From the NCBI GenBank assembly GCA_002269645.1, contig NIVC01004169.1, positions 1-57,005 of the forward strand: DNA of 57,005 bases. The letters are read 5' to 3'. Made by a program: the position numbers and the translations under genes. Numbering within the stretch: position 1 is the first letter of the stretch; each line of letters opens with the position of its first letter. Under the pieces are notes generated by a model that saw only the letters and a list, made by a program, of their open reading frames with translations, did no database searches and was not told the origin of the DNA. The stretch comes from Macrostomum lignano (taxonomy: Eukaryota). Of the stretch, positions 1 to 12,956 are shown one piece after another.

Positions 1-1207
1 GCGGAAGGCGTCAGCCAGGTAGTCGCCAACGTTGTTGAGGTAGAGGAAGACCAGCGGGATCCCGAAGAAGGCGTACAGCATGGTGAGCAGGTAGCCTTTG
101 TGCGTCTTGGCACCACCTGTCCGTAACCTGGTGGAGTTCGCGTTCACCGAAATTTTGATTATTAAAGTGAAATTCGAGTTAAACTGGAAAATCAATGAAA
201 CCCAAAAGCTTCAAGGGCTGAGCTGTGGACGCCAATGATTTCAAGGTCATATCAAGGTCAAGCACAGTTACCATGCCCAGTTGTCTCTTGGATTCGAAAA
301 TGGGAATATTGGTCAGATCACGCAGATTTTTGAAGTACAAAGCTTTCAAAGTTGCACAGAAAAGCATTGCAGTCGTTTTTTCAATCTGATGAAATTTTGA
401 TCTACAAGTATCATTAGTTTGACCTATAATGACCCTGCATTCGCGCCTTAGCCTTAAGGAGCCTCTGAGATACTGTGAATAATTTTTAATATGCGACCAT
501 TTTTGACTGCGCACTCTGTTCACCGCAGCTCACCGATGGTGGTGATGACCGTCACCACGTACAGCAGCGCCCCGGAGAAGCTCCAGTTGACTTCCTCGTC
601 GAACCGGCCGTTCCAGCCGTCAATGTTGATGAAGATAACGAGCCTCCGGTGGTACTCCTTCAGGTGCGCCTCCAGCCGCGGGTTGGTCAGCGGCTTCACC
701 TCCAGCGCTGGCAGATGCCGTACAGCAGCCGCCAGCCTCCATCGCTGACGTTGACGAGCTGCTGGCCGAGCTCAAGCAGCGCTGCTGGATGCTCTCCTCG
801 ATATCGCCAGTGATATTCGTGACGGTGTCGTTGAAGTACTTCTGCACAGCCTGCCGCGTGCTCATCTCTTGCTGGTACTCGAGGCTCTGGAACATGACGC
901 CTCCGATCACGGTGTAGGCGATGATGAGGCTGGAGAGGCCCAGGTTGGAAAACATGAAGGCCAGAAAGTGCTTGCAGCAGTTGACCGTCTCCTTAATCCG
1001 CTTCTTGCGCCTCAGGCGTCGGAGGTTTTTGCGCTTCTGCGACTTGGACATCTTAATGCGGGCGGCGGGTGTCGTGTAGCGGCCGCTGGCGAACGGCTGG
1101 GCGTACGGCTCCCGCAGCGCCGTCAGCGGCCGGTTGGCGCCGCGGAACGGCACCCGCTCGCGTCGGATCGGCAGATCAGACTCGCGCCTGCTGACGGTGG
1201 TGTACAT
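1..1207 (-). CDS. Two-pore-domain (K2P/TWK-type) potassium channel, 5' part. Exon 1207-534, intron 533-128, exon 127-<1 (continues off window). Three apparent 1-nt deletions at ~780, ~709 and ~110.
   Basis: M1 helix FLAFMFSNLGLSSLIIAYTVIGGVMFQSLE. After frame correction: WSFSGALLYVVTVITTIG|YGQVV(P)KTHKGYLLTMLYAFFGIPLVFLYLNNVGDYLADAFR, i.e. the P1 filter TIGYG plus M2 (GIPL). Donor ATCG|GTGAGC and acceptor CCAG|GT are both phase 1. Confidence 0.85.
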
Positions 1208-2019
1208 GACTCGGGCTGCGCTCCGATGCGTCGGGACCCTGCAGTCCGGCTGCTCGAACCCCCTTTCCGTTTTTCTTCAAGCCAGGAGCAGCTGATGCGC
1301 TCGCAGTGCAGGGGAAGAACAGGGGAAAATTTCCTGCGCATTTTCTTGCTACGGTATCTGCGTTCCCTCTCGGCCAGCGAATGACGGCAGCGCGAGCTCG
1401 ATCCCCACTCCCCAGCTCCGGCGCGGCGGCCTTGGCAGGTCACGTGCCGTTCTCCCCAGGAAAAACTTCAACTCAAAAAATGAAAGAAGAAATATCTCGG
1501 ACAGACACCGCAGTCGAAATGGGAATAATTTTTGCGCCGATAAGACCGGACCTGCTCCCCGAATGGCCGATCCATTATCGGAGCGGGCCCGAGATAAACT
1601 CTCGCCGCGACCCTCTCAATTTAATCAGAGCCTCCCGCAGCCCCCTGCTTCAATGAAAATTGTCAGCGGAGAACTGCGGTGACTAATGTGAAGCTTTTAT
1701 GCCGCACAGGACCTGCTCGCTCAGCCTCCGCTGTCCATGGCGCTTCATTTTGCCCTTTGCGATTCCATCGCTGACCGTGGCGGGCTCGCCAGTAATATAT
1801 TATGGAGATTGGGGGAATTGAGCGCCTTCTCAAAGTTCCAAGATAATTTTCTATTTCCCGTGTCGAATTTCGTGAAACAGGGTGAAAGAACTATTCTTGG
1901 AGATCGTGACGCAGAGGCACCCGATTGCTGCTGGGTCCTCATCATCATAGGCTGCTCATGCACTCGCAATGTACCCCCATGCCCCACCCGTTCCCATCGA
2001 TCCTCTCTATTTCCTACCG

Positions 2020-3570
2020 ATCCCAAACCCACTTGCCATCTATCCCCATCCATTTCCCATCCATCCCATCCAATTGCCACCTATCCCATCCAATTGCCAT
2101 CTATCCCATCCAATTTTATGTATCCCATCCATTTTTATGTATCCCATCCATTTTTATGTATCCCATCCATTTGCCATCCATCCCATCCAATTGCCACCTA
2201 TCCCATCCATTTTCCATCCATCCCATCCAATTGCCATCTATCCCATCCATTTTTATCTATCCCATCCATTTTCCATCCATCCCATCCAATTGCCATCTAT
2301 CCCATCCATTTTTATCTATCCCATCCATTTTCCATCTATCCCATCCAATTGCCATCTATCCCATCCAATTTTATGTATCCCATCCATTTTTATGTATCCC
2401 ATCCATTTGCCATCCATCCCATCCAATTGCCATCTATCCCATCCATTTTCCATCCATCCCATCCAATTGCCATCTATCCCATCCATTTTTATCTATCCCA
2501 TCCATTTTCCATCCATCCCATCCAATTGCCATCTATCCCATCCAATTTTATGTATCCCATCCATTTTCCATCTATCCCATCCAATTGCCATCTATCCCAT
2601 CCAATTTTATGTATCCCATCCATTTTTATGTATCCCATCCATTTGCCATCCATCCCATCCATTTGCCATCCATCCCATCCAATTGCCATCTATCCCATCC
2701 ATTTTCCATCCATCCCATCCAATTGCCATCTATCCCATCCATTTTTATCTATCCCATCTATTTGCCATCCATCCCATCCATTTTTATCTATCCCATCCAT
2801 TTTTATCTATCCCATCCATTTTTATCTATCCCATCCATTTTTATCTATCCCATCCATTTTTATCTATCCCATCTATTTGCCATCCATCCCATCCATTTTC
2901 CATCTATCCCATCATTTCCCATCTATCCCCATCCATTTCCCATCCATCCCATCCATTTGCCATCTATCCCATCCATTTTTATCTATCCCATCTATTTGCC
3001 ATCCATCCCATCCATTTTCCATCCATCCCATCCATTTGCCATCTATCCATCCATTTTTATCTATCCCATCTATTTGCCATCCATCCCATCCATTTTTATC
3101 TATCCCATCTATTTGCCATCCATCCCATCCATTTTCCATCCATCCCATCCATTTGCCATCTATCCCATCCATTTTCTATCTATCCCATCTATTTGCCATC
3201 CATCCCATCCATTTTTATCTATCCCATCTATTTGCCATCCATCCCATCCATTTGCCATCCATCCCATCCATTTTTATCTATCCCATCCATCTATTTGCCA
3301 TCCATCCCATCCATTTTTATCTATCCCATCCATTTGCCATCTATCCCATCCATTTTCCATCTATCCCATCCATTTTCCATCTATCCCATCCAATTTTATG
3401 TATCCCATCCATTTTTATGTATCCCATCCATTTGCCATCCATCCCATCCAATTGCCATCTATCCCATCCATTTTCCATCCATCCCATCCATTTGCCATCT
3501 ATCCCATCCATTTTTATCTATCCCATCTATTTGCCATCCATCCCATCCATTTCCCATCTATCCCCATCCA
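2020..3570. repeat. ~20-bp CCATC-rich minisatellite (e.g. CCATCTATCCCATCCATTT[T/G]), ~75 units, degenerate at the edges
   Basis: Direct inspection. It explains the low-complexity ORFs 1737-3634. Confidence 0.97.
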
Positions 3571-4414
3571 GTTCCCACTGATTCCCTCACCTAGCTTTAT
3601 CCATATATTGCCCATTCAAGCGGCTAAAACTTAATTAGCTACAGTTTTACTGGGAATAGCAGTGGATTTGTCGTCTTAAGAAATGAGAAGTATTGGCCTC
3701 TAATTCGTTCAACTACGAGTATTACATGCAGTAATAAACCCCATAGCAACCGCAAACCCGGGCAGTCACCAGCACTCTCTGAACCTGCCCAGCGCGCCGA
3801 TTTCTTTCATCCGAACGCTGCAACAAACGCGCAGAAAGTTCAGTGCAAAATCTCTGCAAGGCCTCAAACATTGCATAGCGTGGCCGATCAGAATGCGACA
3901 ATCAATTTCAGGATTCGCGCTCAATCAGGTCCGAAACAAAAAATTCCTCACGGAGGCGGCCGGGCCAAATCGAATTTCCGAGGCCGCACCGCCGGCGGCT
4001 AATGAAGGCGGCCGGGCCCGGCTAATTGCGGCATCGGCCAGGGACCAGGCGGAACAAATAGCCCAGGCCTAGCCCCCCCCCCCCAAGTCACCGAGCTTGG
4101 GATCGCAATGACACCGCAGAGAAGGCCGACTTCAAGGACATTTGGTTTGAAACACGTGTGCGACTGCAATGCGCTCGCGTATGTATTATGAGTTTTAATT
4201 GCAGCAGATGTACATGTATTTGCAGTAGAATATTACATCTGAGCTTCGTGAAGCACTCTACATCATGGCGGCAGCCAGGAACCAGTCAATTCTAGGGAGC
4301 ATTTAGCATAGACCAGTAATCAGCGCCCCCCGTTGGGGAGCCAACAAAAATCAGAATAGAAAATCATGCATGAATGAATATACTAAATGTAGCTTCTGTC
4401 TGACCCCCCCACCA

Positions 4415-4473
4415 AGTAAGCCTTGACAACTCAGCAATTCCCACAGTAAGCCTTGACAACTCAGCAATCCCCC
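4415..4473 (+). repeat. Two copies of a 30-bp unit AGTAAGCCTTGACAACTCAGCAATTCCCAC
   Basis: Direct repeat at 4415 and 4445. About 27/30 identical to the reverse complement of the unit at 36660-36994. Confidence 0.85.
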
Positions 4474-4983
4474 TATAGCATTAGAAGTTTTATTCTAGAG
4501 GAGCTCTATCAGCCCACCTGGCGCACCTGGCCTATAAATATACAATACGAGTTCGCGTAGTAAAATCAAATCCGTGTTCTCCGCAAGCTAAAAATAGCAA
4601 CAGTTCTATCAGCCCCAAATTTGATGGAGCCTCCCAGCAGCTCTGGCAGAGCAATTAATACCGCTGATGCGTTGCCGAGTTGCAGCAGCTCATGCGAGCC
4701 CTGGAGTCATTCATCACGGTTTGGTGCAGTGGGTGGCGGGTTCAAGAGGCAAATCATTATAGCTGCAAACGCGTTTGTGGTTTTTTGCTCAGGCATAAAC
4801 TGCATGGCCGCTACAAAACAGATCGTTTGCCCATGCGGTGGCTCAAAATGCTAATTTGTTAAACTCTTCCAGCTTCCCCTTGCCTCCAGGGCTGCAGTTC
4901 CTTCCGTGGGCGGCTTGAAGGTAAGGGGCGCCATGTCCCATCGGCTGACAGCAGATTATGGCGCCTCCAAAGTTACAAGTACT

Positions 4984-6232
4984 GCCCATGGTACTGATAC
5001 TGGCGCCCATGGTACTGATACTGGCGCCCATGGTACTGATACTGGCGCCCATGGTACTGATACTGGCGCCATGGTACTGATACTGGCGCCATGGTACTGA
5101 TACTGGCGCCCATGGTACTGATACTGGCGCCATGGTACTGATACTGGCGCCCATGGTACTGATACTGGCGCCCATGGGTACTGATCGATACTGGCGCCCA
5201 TGGTATTGATACTGGCGCCCATATGGTACTGATACTGGCGCCCATGGGTACTGATACTGGCGCCCATGGGTTGATACTGGCGCCCATGGTACTGATACTG
5301 GCGCCCATGGTACTGATACTGGCGCCTATGGTACTGATACTGGCCCCCATGGTATTGATACTGGCCCCAATGGTACTGATACAGGCGCCCATGGTACTGA
5401 TACAGGCGCCCATGGTATTGATACTGGCGCCCAATGGGTACTGATACTGGCGCCCATGGGTTGATACTGGCGCCTATGGTACTGATACTGGCGCCTATGG
5501 TACTAATACTGGCCCCCATGGTATTGATACTGGCGCCCATGGTATTGATACTGGCGCCCATGGTACTGATACTGGCGCCCATGGTACTGATACTGGCGCC
5601 ATGGTTACTGATACTGGCGCCCATGGTACTGATACTGGCGCCCATGGTATTGATACTGGCGCCCATGGTACTGATACTGGCGCCATGGTTACTGATACTG
5701 GCGCCCATGGTACTGATACTGGCGCCCATGGTATTGATACTGGCGCCCATGGTTACTGATACAGGCGCCCATGGTACTGATACTGGCGCCTATGGTACTG
5801 ATACTGGCCCCCATGGTATTGATACTGGCCCCAATGGTACTGATACAGGCGCCCATGGTATTGATACTGGCGCCCAATGGGTACTGATACTGGCGCCCAT
5901 GGGTTGATACTGGCGCCCATGGTACTAATACTGGCGCCTATGGTACTGATACTGGCGCCTATGGTACTAATACTGGCCCCCATGGTATTGATACTGGCGC
6001 CCATGGTACTGATACTGGCGCCCATGGTACTGATACTGGCGCCCATGGTACTGATACTGGCGCCCATGGTACTGATACTGGCGCCCATGGTACTGATACT
6101 GGCGCCCATGGTACTGATACTGGCGCCATGGTTACTGATACTGGCGCCCATGGTACTGATACTGGCGCCCATGGTATTGATACTGGCGCCCATGGTACTG
6201 ATACTGGCGCCATGGTTACTGATACTGGCGCC
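4984..6232. repeat. 21-bp minisatellite GCCCATGGTACTGATACTGGC, ~58 units
   Basis: Direct inspection. It generates the MGASIST / MVLILAP / RQYQYHG pseudo-ORFs. Confidence 0.97.
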
Positions 6233-7367
6233 AACTCAAATGAAGTATCAACCCCCATGGCAATCCTGGCCCGGTCGCAGACTCTCAGCGACCATGGTCT
6301 TCATCCCCTGCAGAGTCATTAATCACCGAAATAGCCGACGGGGCGGGCACCCCGACACAAGACTAGGTAGGCGAACACCTCCAGCTACCACCAATCTGAA
6401 TAAAACTCGGAGGCTCGATCACAATGACCTTCCGGGGCCATGGCTAATTTACCAGACCCTGCTTCCCGCGAGGCGACCGTCGGAACCAAGTGTCCCTTTT
6501 TGCAGCATGGAAAACTAAAATGTACCGCACTTAGTTTGCCACACCCACTGCCTGCCCACGAATTTCCCGGTTCCTCCGCATTACCGGGTGGCCAGAGAAG
6601 CAAGAGAAACTGCTTAACAAACAATGGCAACTGCTTCTGTATAAGGCGCAGAGTAGTCCGGAGTGAGCAACTTACTGCTACTTTAATTGTCTTCAAAACT
6701 GGTACAAAATCTGCTATTTGGAGTCCATATTAAATTCAATAAACAATATGGTCATTCGTCCGGATTTACGAATCTCAAAGCAAAGATCCGGGGTGCCAGA
6801 AAGTTTTATTAGGAGGGAGGGATGTTCACTGCATGAGGAATATTATATATTATCGTATATTTAAGACTTTGCTCGCCTTTCTTTACTTTTCACTCGACAA
6901 AAACAGCCGCAGAAAACTCGTCACTAACGTTATTAGCGCGGTCGGATAAGCTTTCGCAATAAAACTCACCTAAGCTGGTGTTTGAGTGCTGATCCAGCAA
7001 ACACGTAGAAACCAGGTGAGCGAACTGAGACTTAATAAGACAAATTTGTTTAGAATATTTTGTTAATCTAAGCAGACGCACTACTAGCAGAGTCGATACG
7101 GTAAGTAGTATGGTACGCGTGCGGCCTCTCATTATAGCTGGACAGAATGAGGGCAGCAAACAGGTCACTGCGAGCGCAACAGTTAAACCAAAATCAAAGA
7201 GCTAGGATGGGTCTGGGGAGTTCGCTGGGGACAAATCTAAAACTATTTAGCTACTGTTAGCGCGCCCGAACTCCTGTCTAGACTCGCACACAAGCTTGAA
7301 ACCGCGGTCCTGGGGGTTACAATTCTTGCGGTGACCAGCTCGGGAGTCCGGCCAGAAGCCGGGGCGC

Positions 7368-10300
7368 TCAGCCGACAACCAGCACGCCACTGTCGCTGAT
7401 GCTGTAGGGCGGCACCTCCAGGTTGAGCGGCGCCGGGCCCTTCCTGATACGGCCGCTGGCGTCATAGTGCGAGCCGTGGCAGGGGCAGTAGTAGCCGCCG
7501 TACTCGCCTGCGTGCGAGATCGGCACGCAGCCCAGGTGGGTGCAGATGCCCAGCAGCACCAGGAACTTCGGGTCCTTCACCCGATCCTGGTCAGTCTCGG
7601 GGTCGCGCAGCTCCTCCAACGACACGCTGGCAACGGAGTCGACCTCCGCGTCCGTGCGGTGCCGGATGAACAGCGGCTTCTCGCGCCACTTGAACACGGC
7701 GTTCTTGCCTTCGGGAATGCTGGCCAGGTCCACCTCCAGCTTGGACACGGCCAGCACCGCCTTGCTGGGGTTCAGGAAGTTCACCGTGGCCCGCACCAGC
7801 TGCTTGGCGCCCACGGCGAACACGGAGAGGCCAACGCCGACCACAAGGTAGCTGACCATCTTGCGGTCAACCTCGGTCTCGGATTGGCTCTTGGTTGGAT
7901 CGCGCGTGGAGTCGCGGCGGTAGTAATCGAAGTTGGGGTACTTGCACACGTCCGTGTGGGCGTAGCGAACCTGCTGCCCGCCTGGGGTGACAGCAATAAA
8001 ATATGAATAGATTATCACTTACTCAAGATGTTACTATGTTGAGCTACCACAGGCCAGTTGCAAATGCTGGCTATTTAAACAGTCATAGGACATAAAATTA
8101 TTTTACATAGATTTACTTATATAGATCTTACGAGCTAAATTGCATGAAAATAAGAAAGCCAACAGTTAAACTGGTATGAGTAGATAGGTTCCATTTTTTC
8201 GCCCTGCACTACAATATCATTAATGTACCAGCCAATATTTTATTAGTAAGCTATACAGGATTTATTAGTTATATAATATAAATAAAACTACAAAACTAAC
8301 CATTTGTCTTAAATCACATAAATTTCAAGTTTTTTTAGTTTTATCATAGTTAAACAGAATCTATATATAATTAATATAAAAAAGTTATACTTTGTAAAAC
8401 TTCAAATCTGTTAAATGTAACTATTTTTTCTAAATAAAAAATTTCCAATAGCATTCTAGTTGTTAGTTACTAAAAGATGAAAACTGAAACAGTGACTAAT
8501 TGACAACTGGCAGTCTAATGCATATTGTACCATTTTTTAGCTTCCTTAATTATCAAGATTAAAGGACCATGAAAGCTTAGTATACCATTGAAAAGTAAAA
8601 AACATAATGATATAAGAAAACTGATTGGAGTAGCCTTAATCTATACAACCCTTGCAACTGCTCCTCTATCTTATTCTTCAATTTAAGTCTGCTGCAATAT
8701 GGCTAAGTTCTGTTATTTGTAAACATTGAGAAACTTTACTTGCATTTTCAAAAAATGGGAACCATAGATAGAATCTTCTCTGATGGTGCTGAAGTATATG
8801 TCATTGATATTAGTGTGCATTAGTGTATGCCAATCTATACTGAATGTAGCTTTGAGATATAAATTTTGTATGCTAGTATACACTAACAAATTTTTGTATG
8901 CCAGAATAAGCTACTTTTTGTTGTATTATAACTCTTATAAAACATATATAGAAATTAAACAATTAAAACACTAGATAAATTGATAAATAACTATATTTAT
9001 CTACAAAAATTAGCCAAAACTGTTTTGCATTACTCTTATATGCACAAAAGAGCCCAGTGTGCACTAGACTTTAAGGTCTTATGATTATATATGTACACTA
9101 ACCAAGTATATTAAGGACCCCCTATTGTTGTGTTCTATGCTTCTTTGATAAACTAGAATGAAGTTGTGAGATACAAATTACTATGTGTTCAAAACTCAAA
9201 ATGAGCTCTTAGCTCTATAATGCACTTGTATATTTTCTAGCTAGCATTCACTAGCTTTAAGCCTATACCTATAAAGTACAAATCTCCCAGCATGTCTATG
9301 GGAATATCTTACAAGAATAAAATGCACTATTAGTCATTAGTGCTATAACACTTATATGCTAGAATTTTCTATGGCAAAAGCCACTTTCTTGACTATGCCA
9401 ATGGCCTTTATCTATTGCATATCTATGATTTTATTATAAAATATAAAATCTAAAAATCTAAAATTTAGCTTATTTAAATAGCAAATATTGAAGCTCAAAG
9501 TTTAAGCTAGCTATATAAATTGAACAAATTAGCCATTGCCTATTCTATAATGAAGAATCTTTGTGGCTATCTTTTATTTTTGTATATTTAATTATTTTAT
9601 TAGAAATTAGTAAGCCTTACTAAGTTTCTATCTACTGCATTTGCCCATATTGGCTGACCTGGCCGATCTGGCTACCGAAAATTGTGGTGGACCAGGGGTA
9701 AGTCACAAAAATGCCTATTCCAAAGAATATAAATGAAGTACTGATTAGATGATGAGGCATTTAGCCCTAATAAGACAGTCATAGTTACTCTAGCCATTTA
9801 CCCAAAATTATATTAATTATGCTTTTGGTTTCTTTTATAGGTAAGTCACATTTTTTGTCAAAAAGTAAGTCACATAGCCAATGTAAATCAGTAGGGTTGC
9901 ATATGTATGATATACTAACTGAGTTTACTTTTATAGTGACCATTTTGTCTAAAGCTAGCCCATTTTAATGAATGATTTGTTGAGATTAATCCAAGCTTCA
10001 GAAAAGAACAAAGTATCTATTGTTTCAAAAAGTCAAAATGATAAAAGATGAACTTTAACAGACTATTTTATTGTCATATATGATATGATTAGTAAAATGT
10101 TATTTTTAGGTGTTATTCCATTACAACAAGATTTCAAAGTAAAATAAAAAACTGGAACTAAAAAACCACACTGTTATCCCTAATCTATCAATTGCACTAT
10201 AAGCATATACTATATAACATAGCTACCATACTAGCTAAGTTGTGAGTTTTTAAATGTATAAATTGAAAATATGTGCAAGGCAGTCAATGAATAATATTTT

Positions 10301-11731
10301 AAAGTTACAATTATCAAAGTAGTATATTTGTAGTTATAAGTTATAAGTAGCCTATCCTTTTGTCAAACTGGTCATTTTTTGCCAAAAGTATATATCTATG
10401 TAAACCTCCACTCCCGAATCTTACATATACGCCGGAAAATTCCGGCGTACAGTAGACCTTAAAAAATGCTTGGCGTATAACATCTGGCGTAACACAACAG
10501 CTATGCCAATTGTGCGCCACTGCGCCGGCATATCGGTGTCTGGCGTAGATGTCTGGCGTGGCAGTAGACATATAAAATGACATATTCACGTATTATATAT
10601 TTAATTGACGTACAAAAAACGTTTAAAAATGTTTTTATGAACAAAATGTTAAAACAAAATACAAAACAAGAAACACTATACAACAGTTACTATTTATTTA
10701 TTCTCAGATTTTCGTGTTTATTAAAGTAAAAAGTAATTTTACTCAAAAAGAAAAGGGACCTAAAATTTGAGTTTCAATTAGGCGTAACGTTGCAATTTCA
10801 TTCCAGCGTACATATACATGTACAAAATTTTTTTCTGGCGTAAACTTACATTTATGGTGTAAAGGGTCATTTTTTCCGGCGTACCATATAACAGATTTGA
10901 GAGTGTGGATGTAAACTAAAAAATCACTTCACAAAAACTTTTTTGCCAAAAAATATTTTGCCAAAATAGGCTATACCTATCTATACATAATATACACTAC
11001 AGTAAGAATTTAATTTAAATCTAAAATTCATTTTCATATACATTATTCTAATTTGATTTTTGCCTTTTTATTGCTCTTGTGTTCTTAATCTTACTTTTAG
11101 CATATGAATGACAGAATATGATGATATATTGATTTCAATTTCTAAATAAATAAATCCATATACTAAAAATTGTATATTAGTATATGTGCATGTGATCAAT
11201 TTTAGAAAAAATAGCTCAACTGATTTTCTTTGAACTTGCATCATTTAATCAGAAATTTCTACTTATCTTACTTGATTTACTTGTAATTTTACTTGTCTTT
11301 GCTTTACCTTGGCATTAGTACAAAAATTATGGAATAAATTGGTCATTAGTTGCCAATGGCAATTGGTTGGCACAACTAATTGTACCACAGATTAATATTC
11401 GAGTATTTGCTCAAAATGTGGGGATAGAAACGAAATACATGTGATTGTAAATGTAAGCCAAGTGTGATGACTTCATCTTCATATTATTACAATGTGTCAA
11501 TAATTTACCTTGAAAACCAGCAATGACAGACATGTTCGTAGGTGTAGATAGAAATGGTGAAAATGATTTTGCTCTTTGACGAGTAAGAGCAACTTGGACA
11601 CCATAATCGAATTTTACATGCTTGGGTGGAGGCAAAAAAGGAATTGGGCTTTTAGAAAAGGGAGTAGGGATCGAAGCTACCTTTGCCAATGAAGAATTAG
11701 CTGTTATAGCAGCTCTTCGGCACACACTCAT
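7368..11731 (-). CDS. UQCRFS1: Cytochrome bc1 Rieske iron-sulfur subunit, ~278 aa. Exon 1 11731-11509 (presequence), intron 11508-7982, exon 2 7981-7368.
   Basis: Exon 2 has CTHLGCVP and CPCHGSHYDASGRIRKGPAPLNLEVP, and the mature-start-like YAHTDV. Exon 1 encodes an R/S/A-rich, nearly acid-free 74-aa peptide ending CAA G|GTAAAT (phase 1), matching acceptor CCCCAG|GC (phase 1). Exon 2 is near certain; the exon 1 link is inferred. Confidence 0.93.
9648..9716. repeat. Fragment of a dispersed repeat; second copy inverted at 21301-21367
   Basis: Shared GCCGATCTGGC and AAGT(CA/TG)CAAAAATGCC cores in opposite orientation. Confidence 0.6.
10408..10908. mobile_element. Non-autonomous DNA transposon (MITE) with CCAC...GTGG ends and GGCGTA subterminal motifs, copy 1 (inside the UQCRFS1 intron)
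   Basis: Imperfect ~35-bp TIRs ending TACGCCGGAA. Palindrome TACGCCGGAA-AA-TTCCGGCGTA at 10428-10449. Many GGCGTA motifs in AT-rich DNA. Confidence 0.7.
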
Positions 11732-12956
11732 TGCTTTAAACAGAGAAACAGACTTACAATGCTAATAATTAGTGTTTCACCGAAATTTGGGTTTTTCTTT
11801 CGCTGAAGTAAAATTTATGTTAACAATATTTAATAGAAAGTCTTCTGTAGTTTAAGCCGAAATTAAAACCTTTAGCAAATATAAGCCTACTTATAATATA
11901 TAAAACGTATAAATAAAAAATGTACTTTTTTCAATCATTGTTAACAAGAAAATATCTACAACTTAGTCTCAGAAAAAAAGAAATTTGTTTTAAACACTGC
12001 ACGGATCAACCCGCGTTGATCATCATAACATGCCTGGGGACATATACACCCACTTAAGTACAAGGACGATTGATGATTGTAGTATTCACAGTACAGTATA
12101 GTGGTACTAGGCAAAAACTAAACAAAACTAAACAGGCATGTACTAAACAATGGTACCTTTCTTGTACTGGCATGTGCTCAGGAGTCAGCGAAATAGGCAA
12201 ATTTGCATTAGCCCTGGTTGTGGGACTTCGTCGTCTAGAGCATTATTCCAAAGGCGCCCATAACCTTGCGGTAATTATTATTGTTACTGTTTTTCATAAT
12301 TATTATAACTTGGTCTAACATCATTTTTTAAGTATACGTACTTGATAAACTTAATGCTTAAATACAACCAGGAACAAAACAAAAACCAGCACATTTAAAT
12401 ATAATTGGATAACGCTATAAAAATAAATAGATAAAGGAGAATAGCGGTTTGACCAATTGATTATATTTAATGCAATTAATTGTTAAAGTAACCAACGTTT
12501 AAAACATTAGTACAAATCATTTAAGTACGCCTTCCTTACTTTTGAAAAAAAAAGAAAATAAAATTACGATAAAATATCAATGCAGTGCAGAACCATAGCA
12601 ACGTGAATGTCATTCACACTAAATAGAGACTAAAGAAATGCATATTACGAGCGTAATAGTTCAACAGAAGACATGTAGTACATAATTCAGTGCATACCAA
12701 AAGCATGCAAAACATAAATATTAGTGTGCAGCGCTAGTACTTTTTGTTGAGCTGTGCCTGAAGTACCAATGTAGCAAGTGAGACAGCACCGCATTATTTA
12801 CAATCAAGTTACATATTATTGGATTCACTCGTAGAAATAAAAATGTAAATAACCGAAAAGCCATGCAAAACTGCCTACTTATCAATACAAGAGACTCGGT
12901 TTTACAAAGTTTTTTTAACTAAACCGGAAACAGAGCGGGCTGAGCAACTCCCAACA

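Noticed and set aside
179-523. 114-aa ORF inside the K2P intron
   Set aside because: Non-ATG start, AT-rich codons unlike real exons, no recognisable homology.
1737-3634. Long ORFs of 541-614 aa ([10 protein letters not shown]...)
   Set aside because: All three + frames are open only because the CCATC-rich unit lacks stop codons; no domain or unique coding flank.
4843-6322. Many overlapping MGASIST / MVLILAP ORFs
   Set aside because: Translations of the 21-bp minisatellite in several frames on both strands.
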